Assembly: GCA_003990765.1 (NCBI GenBank)
Contig: RBNJ01000365.1
Span: 1 to 32,074, forward strand
DNA from: Jimgerdemannia flammicorona
Taxonomy: Eukaryota
Direction of reading: 5' to 3'
Length of the DNA stretch: 32,074 nt
Shown here: in pieces, positions 20,992-32,074 of the stretch
Position numbering within the stretch: position 1 is the first letter of the stretch
How the letters are laid out: the number at the start of each line of letters is the position of its first letter
The notes under the pieces: model-generated
Told to the model about the DNA's origin: nothing
The model's database searches: none
The model's input: the letters and a program-made list of their open reading frames with translations, nothing else
Made by a program: the position numbers and the translations under genes

Positions 20992-23900
20992 TGGGCTAGG
21001 GAGGGACTGGCCAGAAGTGATTTGTGTCAGAGGGCAGAAGTACAAGGTGTAGAGAAGGAAAGGTTCTGAACAGGAGGAGGAGGAATTGCTACTCACCCTA
21101 GAGGAGAGAGAGACCACAAAGAAATTGTAGAAGAGGAGATGAGAGGGGTTCACCAGGGACTAGATCTGGATTCCAATAGATGGGAGGAGGAAGCAGTAGT
21201 AGAGAGCAAACTGGGAGCACCTGCAGACAGTCCTCCAGCACTTGAAAATAGAGGAAGAAGAAAGGGCTAAGTTGGCCAAGAGTCAGATGGAAGAGATAGA
21301 GACAGCTGAGGTGTCTTTTTCACAACTGAGAGGTGTAGAAAACTCAGCTCATGTGCCAGTAAAGGGGAAGTGGGCTGATAAGGAGGAGGTAAATGTAGGG
21401 GGTTTTGAGGAGATCATTGAGGTAGTGCCAGAGACTCAGTTGGAGGATGTTTGCATGGCAGGAGCAGCAAATATTCATTGGAAGTGTCCAGAGGCAGACA
21501 AAGTAATATAGCTAGAGAAGGGTATAGAGGAGGATGACCTGGTGGATGTGGCCTCTGATGTGTTGGCAAATAGAGAGATGCTACAGGAGCTGAGTAGAAC
21601 CCTGAGGCCAGCCACTCCTGGGCCCCTGGCAATGACAGCTGATGACTGATATCAGGCAGTGCTTAAGGAACTTGCAGAGGAGGATATCAAGGAGGTGGAT
21701 GTGTTTAATGGGTTGCAGAAGGCCTGGGAAGGATTCCTCAATATAGCACTACAGGGGCTGAAGTTGGTGACAGTGATGGTGGCAGTGCTTCTGGATGATG
21801 AAGGGTATGAGGTAGATGAGGACCATATGGCTGACATTAGGAAGATAGTATCTGAGCAAGTGGATATCTTCTGTGGTAGTGTGAATGGAGCCCGAATCTG
21901 GAGAGCTATCTGTGAGGAATGGAAGAAAATAATCTGTGGTCAGGCTGAGAAGGTGGTAGTAATTCTGGTAGAGCTTTAAACATTTTTATTCATGATAATG
22001 AACAGTCTATATATCTTATCATTAAATGTCAATGGTTTGCATGATGGAGTGAAGTAAAGGTGTCTATTTCATTAACTGAAGGTCAGAAGGTATGATGTGG
22101 TATTTCTGCAGGATATTTAAGCCTATGGGGAGTGAGATTATGAGGATTGGAGTAGAGAATGATATGAAAGTACAGGCTGGAATGAGTAGGTGGGTATTTT
22201 GGTTGGCTTGGGGAGAGGTGAGCTGATAGAGATAGAGATTTATGGTGATTGATTGGTTTGGGGGAGATTAAAAGGAAGAGCTGGAGATGGGCTAGTAGTT
22301 GGCTCTGCTTATCTGCCAGTGGTTGGCAGAGAGTGAAACCAATGGATGGAGAGTTGGCCGGCTTGGAGAGGCCATGATGAGGTTGGGCTAGACATTCTGG
22401 GGGAGGACTTCAATATGGTACATGACAGGACATTAGATAGATCTGATGGTGGAGTGGGTATAGCTGTATCTGCAGGGCTCTCACAATGGCTCCAGGTTGA
22501 GAGAGATATGGGATTGGTTGATGGAGTATGGCAATGTCAAGAGGAGAGGCCAGGGCTATTTATCAGATGGCATCCAGTTGATGAAGACTTGGTTGGAATG
22601 AGGATTGATTGGATTCTGGTAGCTGAATGTTGGAGTAATGTATTGGATTCAATAGGAGTATAGTGGTGTCTTTGGTCAGATCATTGGAGAGTAGAGGTGT
22701 GTGGGAGATTTCAGGTGGTTAGTAGTGGTGGAAGTAGATAGCAACTCAATGTAGCACTACTCAAAAGACAGGTAGAGAGGGACCAATTTGTGGTAATTGC
22801 AAGACAGGAAGTGATGCAGTGGAAGAACAGTGGACAGTCAATAGCTCAATGGTGGGGGAAATTTAAATATTTAGCAGATGCATACTGGTATGATGTGGGA
22901 GAGGTAGCTGGAAGAGAGCAGAAGGATAGAGAAAGAAGAGTTGAACAGGGGCTTCATTGGCAACTAAGACTCCTGGAAGGGGAGAATATATCAGGAGAAT
23001 GATGCTCCCTGTTAGTCAAGGAGGTGACTGAGTTGTAGCTGGATTTGAAGGCAGCAGAAGATAGGGTGGTAGATGGGCTTTTGGCAAGACTGTGGATGAG
23101 GCAGTTGGAAGAAGAAGAGTGGCCTACTAAATATTTATCCAGAATCTTAAAAGCCAGAAGGGTGTAGCACAGCTGGGCTTCAGTGTTGCAAGAGGATGGA
23201 GTTGAGATTACTGGTATTGCTGATATGCTTGAAGAGATCTCTGGTCAATGGTGCAATCTCTGACAGAATGAAGGAGGGCCAGTGGAGAGAGAGGGTTTAC
23301 TGGAGGACAATGACAATTTGGTTTGCAGCTGGTCAGTGGTAGTAGTGTTTGAGATAGGTGGGGCAGTAATGGGCATGGTGGTCCTTGAAGAGGTATTGGA
23401 GATACTAAGGAAGATGCAGGCTGGTTCATCACTAGGGGAGGATGGACTGCCTTGGGAATTCTGGAAGAAGTTTCAGATTGAGTTTGGGAGTTGGCTTGTT
23501 GAAATGGTGAACTTTGTATTGAGCGAAGGCTGTTGGATCAGTAATGGCTCCATAGGGTTAGTCTCTCTGCTTTATAAGGAGAAAGGGGATTGATGTATGT
23601 GGTGGAACTGGTAACCCATTATGCTACTGAATGTGGACAGGAAGTTGGTGTCCAAGATTCTGATAGAGAGAATGCAATGATAGATTGGCCAATTGGTGGG
23701 TGAAGAACAGTAAGGGTTTGTGAAGGGGAGACAGATTTGAGACAGTATAGCCTGGGTGCAAAACATTTTGGAGGGCTTCTGAAGCTGACAAGTGGATGAG
23801 AGAATAGTATTCTTAGATCAGAAAAAGGCTTATGATAGGGTATGGTGGAATTATTTGGAGGTAGTATTAAGGAAGATGAGATTCAGTGTAGTAGAGACTT

Positions 23901-25708
23901 GGAAACTGATGGGCCTGATGCAAGACTGCAGGGCTGCAGTGCTAATGAATGGGTAGAGTGGCCCAGAGTTTATCTTAGGGAGAGGCATGCCACAGGGGGA
24001 TCCTCTTTTACCCCTGCTCTATATTTTGTCCTTAGAGCCTTTATTAGTATAGCTGAAGGGGAGGCTGACTGGACTGAGGATGGGGGATGTAGTCTGGAAG
24101 CTGGGGGCCTTTGCTGATGATATAGTGGTAGGGTTAGGCTATATGGTAGTTGTGGAAAACTTGCAGGAAGAGGTCAGTATGAGAGACTGGCAGGGATGAA
24201 GCTGAATTGGGACAAGTGTGAGACTATGGAACTTAGAGCAGGTCTGGGAGAGCATGGACATTTTGAACAACTGGTCTGTACTGGAGAGACAGTTCAATAT
24301 TTGGGTGTCTGGTTTTTGGTATATGGGATGGTGCTGCTGAAGGAGTGGTAGTGTGGAATGATACAGAAGTGGGAGAGTGCTCTGGTGGACTTTCTTCTTG
24401 GTGGGAAGGATTGTGGTATTGAATATATATTGGTTATCAAAGTTGTGATATTTGGGTTACCATTTGGACATCCCTGGATAGGTGGTACAGAAACTGAAGA
24501 AGGTGGTAGAAGGATGGCTGTAATAAGGAAGAAGGCTACAGATTAGTTATGAGACAGTGGTGATGCAGACAGTAGATGGCAGTTTGGGGTTGGTGGATTT
24601 TAGGAGGTGGCTGAAGGTACTTTGGGGCTGGTGGGGTTATCGACTGGCAGAATTAAGAGTAGATAGTTGGGGCAAACTGGCTATGGACAATTGAGAAGTC
24701 AGGTTTTGCCCCCATAGTGAGGTTCAGAAGAATATGTGAGGCTTGCTTCAGGTTGGAAGAGTTAGCAGATTGCACTACCAGGGATTCTGGTGGGGTATTG
24801 TAGAAGCTTGGCTGGCAATGAGACTTACAGGCCCAGAGCCTGATGAAGAGGAAGATCCAGAATAGCAATGGTGGTGGCTAGGAGATATTTGTATTGATGG
24901 CCACCGGTTGATGGAATACTCTCTATCTGGGGCAATAGAATGGATCTGGATGGGTCCACTTGAGAGGTGGTCAGTGGGTTGGCAGAAGGCTGGATTTGGG
25001 AAAGATTGGGGGTGGGGTCTAGTTTGGGGTTGGGGGACCTCCTTGCTTAAGGTTGTACCTAAAGTTTTGAGTAGTATAGTGGAGATTCTTGTAATGAAAT
25101 GTTATGCTGGGGTACAGAATGGGGTGGATGGTGGCAGAAGGTGTAAGGGAATGTGAGTGGTGCTGTAAGTTAGATGGGGGTGTGGTGCAGATGCCAGAGC
25201 ATATCTTAGTAATATGTCCAGGGGTTGAGGGATTTTGGCAGATGTTGGAAGGCTATTGGGGTGATGAGAGTGTGTGAGCAGAGGGCCCCACTAGTCAGGT
25301 GGTCAAGTGGCAACTGGTAGGAGAGATTGGGGATACTTGGGGTAGCCTGGGCTGGATTCTTGGCATCTGGGTCCTGATGGCAGTACACTGGCAATAAGTG
25401 TTTGAGAGTATTCCTTGGATAGGAATTGGTGAATTGGTGGAGCAGTGAAAGGGGTTACTTTTGAAAGTAGTGCAAGAGTAGTGGTATCAGAGGAAGAGGC
25501 ACCAGTTAGGGGCTATAAGGAAGGTGCTGGACATTGTTCAGAGAAGTTAGGAGCATCTAGTGCTTAGTGAGAGGGAGATATAGTGGAAAGAAGATATGGG
25601 CTGATAGGCCCTTCCTTGTATTTATAGTCATAGTAGTCATCAGATGAGGTTAATGTTGTATTAGATAGTTCATAATAAAGGAGTCCAAGTAACAAAAAAA
25701 AAAAAAAA
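20992..25708 (+). mobile_element. LINE-C: 5'-truncated L1/Tx1-like element with polyA tail, nested in LINE-B ORF1
   Basis: Starts mid-ORF1 and aligns to LINE-B at ~26370. ORF1 stop is at 21979. ORF2 spans ~21992-25604 with SLNVNGL, EDFN, SDH, LDQKKAYD, GMPQGDPL, AFADD and EHILVICP. AATAAA is at 25674-25679 and A15 at 25694-25708. Confidence 0.9.
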
Positions 25709-28700
25709 TTGATAGAAAGAGGGGTCAGGTGATGTATCAGGTGGCTGGTCAGGTGCCCAGCAGGGGGCAGGGTCTAGTGGTATGATGTTGGGGACTAGTT
25801 CTTCTGGGGCTGGGCTGGTGGCTAGTGAGAGGATGACTGATGGTACAATAGTGATGGGTGAGGTAACTGCTGACATTTCTGGGACCAAAGGGAAGATGAC
25901 TCTGGTGGCTGGAATAGGTGAGCTAGTGGTAAGGCCCTTCTTTCACAAGTCAGTATTGATATGGGCAGTTTTGGTGAACTTCTTGGAATTGGTGATGTCA
26001 GCTAGGGAGGTGCTGAGGGTGGTGAGGGCTAAAGTGGCTGGAGCAGTATTGTTGAAGTTCATCCTATCAGTAGAGACAGAGAAGATTGAATTTGTAGAGG
26101 AGAATATAATGATGAAGGTGCCAGAGAAAGGACTGACTGTCAAGGGTATCCAGATTGGGATGGTGAGGTATTTGAGGTGGGACCTGTGTGCTGTTTGGCT
26201 GATAGTAGAAGACCTGCAAACTCTGGGCAGACAGGAGACCAAGGAGATAGTGGTAGAGATATGGGCAGCTATAGTGAGATGGTTGACTTCAGGTTCATGT
26301 TTTGGGAGGGCACCAAGTTGAGGAATGATAACTGTGAGGTAATGCTGTAACTGGAAGAGAAGGAGGCAACTGAGCTAAGATGAGATTGGCCTGAGGGGAT
26401 TTGAATTGGAGGATAGGAGTATAAGGTGTAGAGGAGGAAAGGAGTAGAACAGGAGGAGGATGAGCTAGAAATTGCTCTGAAAGAGAGAGAGGCTGCTAAG
26501 GAGCTGTGAAAGAGGAAGTGGGAAGAGTTTGCCAAGGATTGGGTCTGGATTCAGATAGATGGCAAGTGGAAGAAGTAGAGAAAAGGGAATTGAGAATGCT
26601 TGCAGGTGGCCCTTCAGAGGGCAGCAGTAGAAGAGGAGGTGAGAGTAGAGGTGGCCAAGAGTTAGATAGAAGGAGTAGAAGAAGCAGAGGTGTCCTTCTC
26701 TCAGCTGGACAGTGTGGAGAGCTCAGTGTATATACCAGTAAGAGAAAAGTGGGCTGATAAGGAGAAGGTGGGAGAAGGGAGCTCTGAGGGTAACATTGAA
26801 GTAGTACCAGAGACTCAGATAGAGGACACCTATATGGCTGGGGTGGTAAATATTTATTAGGAGTTCCCTGAGGCTAGTGAGGTAGTACATTTGAAGAAAG
26901 TTACAGAGGAGAATGAGTTGGTGGATGTGGCCTCAGATGTGTTAGTAGACAGGAAGCAGCTGCAAGAGTTGAGCAGGACCCCTAGACCATCAACCCCTTG
27001 GCCCCTGGTGATGACAGCAGAGAACTAGTATCAGGCAGTACTTGAGGAACTTGCAGAGGAGGAAATCAAGGAAGTGAATATATTTCATGGATCTCAGGAG
27101 CTAAGGAAAGGATTTCTTAATATTGCAATACAGGGGCCTAAGCTGGTGATGGCAATAGTAGTAGCTCTTCTGGATAATAAAGAATATGATGTTGATGAGA
27201 GCAAGATAGTAGACATCAAGAAGGTAGCAGCTGAAAGAGTGGATCTTTTCTACAGCAGTACAAATGGTAATTATATCTGGAGGGCAATTTGTGAGGACCA
27301 GTGAGAGATTATTTGAGAAAGGGCTAAGAAAGTGGTGATAGTCCTGGCTGAGCTTTTCTTTGATGATGATGAACAGTTTATATATCTTATCAATCAATGT
27401 CAATGGACTGCATGATGGTGTTAAGAGGCAGCAGCTATTTTGATGGCTTAAAGTTAGAAGATATGATATTGTTTTTCTTCAGGATATTCAGGCTTATAGG
27501 GAGCAGAACTATGAGGTGTAGAGTAAAGAATGATATGGTGGAGTAGGTTGGAACAAGTAGGTGGGTATCTTGGTTGATATAGACAAGGGTGAGCTAGTGG
27601 AGGTAGATATCTATGGTGACAGATTGGTGTAGGGTAGACTGAAAGGAGGGGCAGGCAATGGTTTGGCAGTAGGCTCAGTTTATCTCCCTGTAGTTGGCAG
27701 AGAGCAAAACCAATAGATTGAGGGCTGGGGGGCTTGGGAAGGTTGGGAGGTGGTTGTGTTGGACATTCTGGGGGGGGACTTTAATATGGTGTATGATCAG
27801 ACACTAGATAGGTCAGATGGTGGGGCAGGAGTAGCAGTGTCCTCTGAACTGTCTCAGTGGCTTCAGGTGGAGCATGATGTGGGGCTGGTGGATGGTATTC
27901 ATCAGCATTAGGGGGATAAGTCAGGACCTTTCACTCAGTGGCACTCAGTAGGTGAAGGTTTGGTTGAGACATAAATTGATTGGGTGTTAGTGGCTGAGTA
28001 TTGGGGCAATATGTTAGATATTACAGAGGTGCATTGGTACTCTTGGTCAGATTATTAGAGAGTAGAGATATGTGGTAGATTCCAAGTAGCAGACAGTGGT
28101 AGAGGGTGCTAGTACCTCAACATGGTCTTACTCAGGAGGAAGGAGGAGAGGGAATGGTTTGTAGACATTGCAAGACAGAAAGTAGTATAATAGCAGAGTA
28201 ATGGGCAGTTGATATCAGAATTATAGAGTAAATTCAAATGTTTTGCAGAAGGTTACTGATATGATATTGAAGAGGTGACTGAGAAGGAGTGGAAGAATAA
28301 GGAAAGGAGAATAGAGAAGGGGCTGTGATGGCAATTGAAGCTTATGGAAGGGGGGAACCTATCTGAAGAGATATATCACTGGTTAGTAGTAGAGGTGACA
28401 GAGTTGCAGGCAGATTTGAGAGTGGCTGAGAACAGGACAGTTAATGTCCTGCTGGCCAGACTGTGGGCTAGGCAGTTGGAGAAAGGAGAGAGACTGACTA
28501 AATATTTGTCTGGTATTTTAAAAACCAGAAGAGTTTGATATAGCTGAGTCTTAGTATTGTATAAAGATGGAGTAGAGGTCTCAGAGATTGTTGATATGTT
28601 GGGAAAGATCTCAGGACAATGGCAGACTCTCTGGCAGAATAGAGAGAAGTATGCTGAGGATGAGATACTTTGGGAGGATGATGACAATATGGTGAACAAT

Positions 28701-31064
28701 TGACCAGTAATAGTATTATCTGAGATAGAAGAAGTGGTGATAGGCAAGGTGTCTTTGGAGGAAGTATTAGAGGTATTGAGGAAGATACAGTCTGGTTTGT
28801 CACCTGGAGAGGATGAGTTGCTCTGGGAATTCTAGAAGAAGTTCCAGGCAGAGTTTGGTGACTGGTTGGTAGAGATGGCCAACTTTGTTTTGAAGGAGAG
28901 CAGCTGGATTGGCAATGGTTCCGTGAGATTAGTTTCTCTAATATATAAAGAGAAAGGTGATCAGTGAGTGTGGCAGAATTGGTATCCTATTATGCTGCTA
29001 AATGTAGATAGAAAGCTGGTCTTGAAGATTCTGGCAGGGAGGATGCACCAGTATATTGGCATGCTGGTGGGTGAAGAGCAGCAAGATTTTGTCAAGAGAA
29101 GACAGATCAGAGATAGTACTGCTTGGGTGCAGAATGTCTTGGAAGACTATAGGAGCTGGTAGGTAGATGGCCAGATAGTCTTCCTGGATCAAGAGAAGGA
29201 GAGTGCAGTGGAGTTACTTAGAGGCAGTTCTGAGGAGGATAGAATTTGGTGTAGCAGAGGCAGGACATTTGATGGCTTAGTATAGGGATGCTGAGCTACA
29301 GTTATAATGAATAGATGGAGTGATCTGGAGTTTGTCTTGGAGCAAGGTGTGCCACAGGGGGACCCTCTTTTCCCCCTCCTTTATATACTCTCTCTGGAGC
29401 CATTACTAGTATGTTTGAAGGGGAGACTTTCTGGACTATAGATAAGTAATGTGGTCTGGAAGCTGGGTGCTTTCACAGATGATATAGTGGTAGATTTGAG
29501 TAGTATGAAGGATGTGGACCTCTTGCAGGAAGGAGTTGGGCAGTATGAGAGACTGGCAGGGGTTAAGCTAAATTAGGACAAGTGTGAGACAATGGAACTG
29601 AGTACTGGCCTAGGGGTATATAGACAATTTGGACAATTGGTGGCCTCAGGGTACATAGTTCAGTATCTGGATATTTGGTTCTCAGTATATGGGACAGTCT
29701 TGCTAAAGGAGTAATAGAGTAGCTTAATTCAGAAGTTAGAAGATACTTTAACTGATTGGTCAGAGAGGAGCTTCTTCTTGGTGGGCAGAATTGTGATCTT
29801 GAATGTATATTGACTGCTCAAATTGTAGTATCTAGAGTATCACCTGGATTTTCCAGGATGGGTGGTGCAGCAGCCAAAGAAGATTGTGGAGAGGTAGTTA
29901 TGGTGTAGAAAGTGGCTGTAGATTGGGTGGGATATATTGGTGATGCAGACAACTAATGGAGGCCTGGGGTTGGTGGACTTCAGATGACAGTTGAAGGTAC
30001 TGCAGAATTGATGGAGGTACTGATTAGTTATACTAGGTGAGGAGGGCTGGGGCAGACTGGCCATGGACAATTGGGAGGTTCAGTTCTGCCCTTGTGGTGA
30101 GGTTTGGAAGGATATGTGGGGTCTGCTTCAGGTTAGCAATATATGTAAACTGTGGTATAAGGAGTTCTGGTGGAGTATTGTAGAGATCTGACTGACTATG
30201 AGATTGGCAGGACTAGAGATAGAGGTGGATGAGAACTCTGAGCAGAGATGGTGGTGGCTGGGAGATCTCTGTATTGGTGGCCACAGTCTGAAGAAGTACT
30301 CGCTGGTTGAGGTGATGGAGTGGATCAGGTCTGGCCCTCTAGAGAGATGGCCAGTAGATTGGCAGTATATAGGACTTGGTAAAGACTAAGAGTAGGGCCA
30401 AGTCTGGAGGTGGGGAGCCTCTTTGCTCAAGGTGGTGCCCCCTAAGTACTGGATAGTATAGTGGTGCTTCTTGAGAAGAAATATGATACTGAGATATCAG
30501 ACAGAATGGATGGAGGTAGATGGCTATCAGGATTGTGAGTAATCTAGTGAGATGGATGGAGAGGTAGTTCAGACACCAGAGCATGCTCTGGTAGTCTGCC
30601 CTATTGTTGAAGGGTTTTGGCAGAGTTTGGAAGACAACTGGGGCCCTGAGAGTCAGAGGTCAGGGGATTCTGTCAGTCTGGTGGTTAAGTATCAGTTGGT
30701 GGGAGAGATTGGTGATATCTAGAGAGACTTAGATCAGATCCTAAGAGTTTGGGTTCTGATAGCAGTGCATTGGTGATAGGTGTTTAAGCAGGACCCATAG
30801 ATGGGGATTGGTGAGCTAGTGGAGCAGTGGAAGTGGCTTCTCTGGGAGGTGGTATAACGGTGGTGGTATCAGGGAAAGCAGCTTCAATCAGGAGTCTTAA
30901 GAAGGGTATAGAATATTGTATAGTAAAGTTGAGAGTACCTGTTATTAGATGATCATAGAGTTAGATGGAAAGAAGGAGTTAGCTGAACAACCCTACCTAT
31001 ATATATTATGTTATAGTAGTGGTTTATAGTTAATTGTCATTGTAATAGTATTAATAAAGTTGAA

Positions 31065-31124
<60 letters not shown>
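25709..31124 (+). mobile_element. LINE-B main body (rest of ORF1, ORF2 ~27363-30986, 3' UTR, polyA)
   Basis: Motifs SINVNGL, FLQDIQ, GGDFN, LDQEK, GVPQGDPL, AFTDD and EHALVVCP; AATAAA at ~31053; A59 at 31066-31124. Close paralog of LINE-C. Confidence 0.92.
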
Positions 31125-31129
<5 letters not shown>

Positions 31130-31934
31130 CTTTACAACCAATCATACCACTAGACAATATCTTTCAGAGATGGGGAGTAGATGTAATTAGACCCTTACTA
31201 GTTATACTAAGAAGAAATAAATACATTCTTATATTTGTAGAATATCTGACTAAGTAGCCCAAGATCTCCCTAATAGAGATCACATCTTCTCTATGGACTC
31301 ATCCTCAGATATAGACCTTCAGAGGAACTTATCTCCAACTAAGACACAGAGTTCATCAATAACATAATCATAAGTTATGCCTAAATTCACAAGATCCACC
31401 TCAAATGGACTATATCAGACTATCTCCAGACTAATGGTATGATAGAAAGAATGAATTAGACCATCAAGAAAGAACTTATCTGAGTAAATCCTACCAATTG
31501 GGACCTCTGCTTACCTGAGATCCTATGGGAAATTCAGAATACCCCTACTGTCTCCACCAAACAAAAGCTATTCAAAATAATATTCACCAAGAGAATCAGT
31601 ACTGCTGACTATGAGAATCTCAAAGATCTTCTCAAAAAGACAGAACAGTTACATAATTAGGCCTGAGTTCAGATTATCAAAGTCTAAGAAAGACAAAAGA
31701 AGTACTATATCCAGAAGCAGAAGAATCAGAAGATCAAGATTGGAGATCAAGTACTAGTTTAGAGAGATAAATTTTATTTCTAAACTGGAGCTCAAGTGAG
31801 AAGGACTCTATCTTGTATATAGTATCAGAGAAACTAGCATCTATTTAAGAAGCATGGATGGATGGACCCTCAGGATACCAGTATACATCAACTACCTTAA
31901 GATATACCTCTCTTATCATAAACTAGATAATTAA
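31125..31934 (+). pseudogene. Gypsy copy B integrase catalytic core and GPY/F domain (continuation of 20604)
   Basis: LQPIIPLDNIFQRWGVDVI, KYILIFVEYLTK, ELISN*DTEFIN (ISDQGTEF), QTNGMIERMN*TIK, KIGDQVLV, KLELK*EGLY; stop at ~31932-31934; no chromodomain seen. Confidence 0.92.
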
Positions 31935-32074
31935 TTAGTACAGTATATTCCAAAACTGAACCAATGTTTTATTAAATTTTATATTTTAATTATTTAAATA
32001 AAAATACTCTAAATAAATATATTTTATATTATAATATATTATAGTTTTATATTAGAGATATTTAAAAATATTAA

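Noticed and set aside
10631..31124. Alternative genetic code or readthrough for the LINE and Gypsy ORFs
   Set aside because: Stops are mixed TAG/TAA/TGA at differing positions between copies and come with frameshifts, which indicates mutational decay.
31060..31257. ORF with a poly-Lys tract
   Set aside because: It is the LINE-B polyA tail read into the integrase continuation, not a gene.
31935..32074. Polypurine tract and 3' LTR of Gypsy B
   Set aside because: The sequence is AT-saturated and cut by the window end; there is no convincing PPT and no match to 5416-6050.

Overview
This is a eukaryotic window, most likely a fungus of the Mucoromycota/Glomeromycotina type (an inference from gene style and TE families). 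Bases 1-297 are the CpG-rich 3' end of a spliced host gene. After about 510 the sequence becomes a CpG-depleted, C>T/G>A-scarred stack of dead elements. First come two direct copies of a small ORF plus Sola-like transposase unit. Between them lies an intronless, frameshift-free 523-codon minus-strand frame (Zn-finger + tandem HIT-like domains + coiled coil). Its internal stops are 19 TGA, 4 TAA and 0 TAG, which suggests a genetic-code-4 (Mollicute endobacterium) gene moved into the nucleus. Next are two copies of a Ty3/Gypsy family; copy B carries a dUTPase, an extra Zn-ribbon region and possibly a separately initiated integrase. There are also four L1/Tx1-like LINEs. Two LINE insertions are resolved to the base by target-site duplications (LINE in LINE in Gypsy integrase). 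All eight TE copies lie on the + strand. No intact TE ORF remains. All translations and counts were done by hand.
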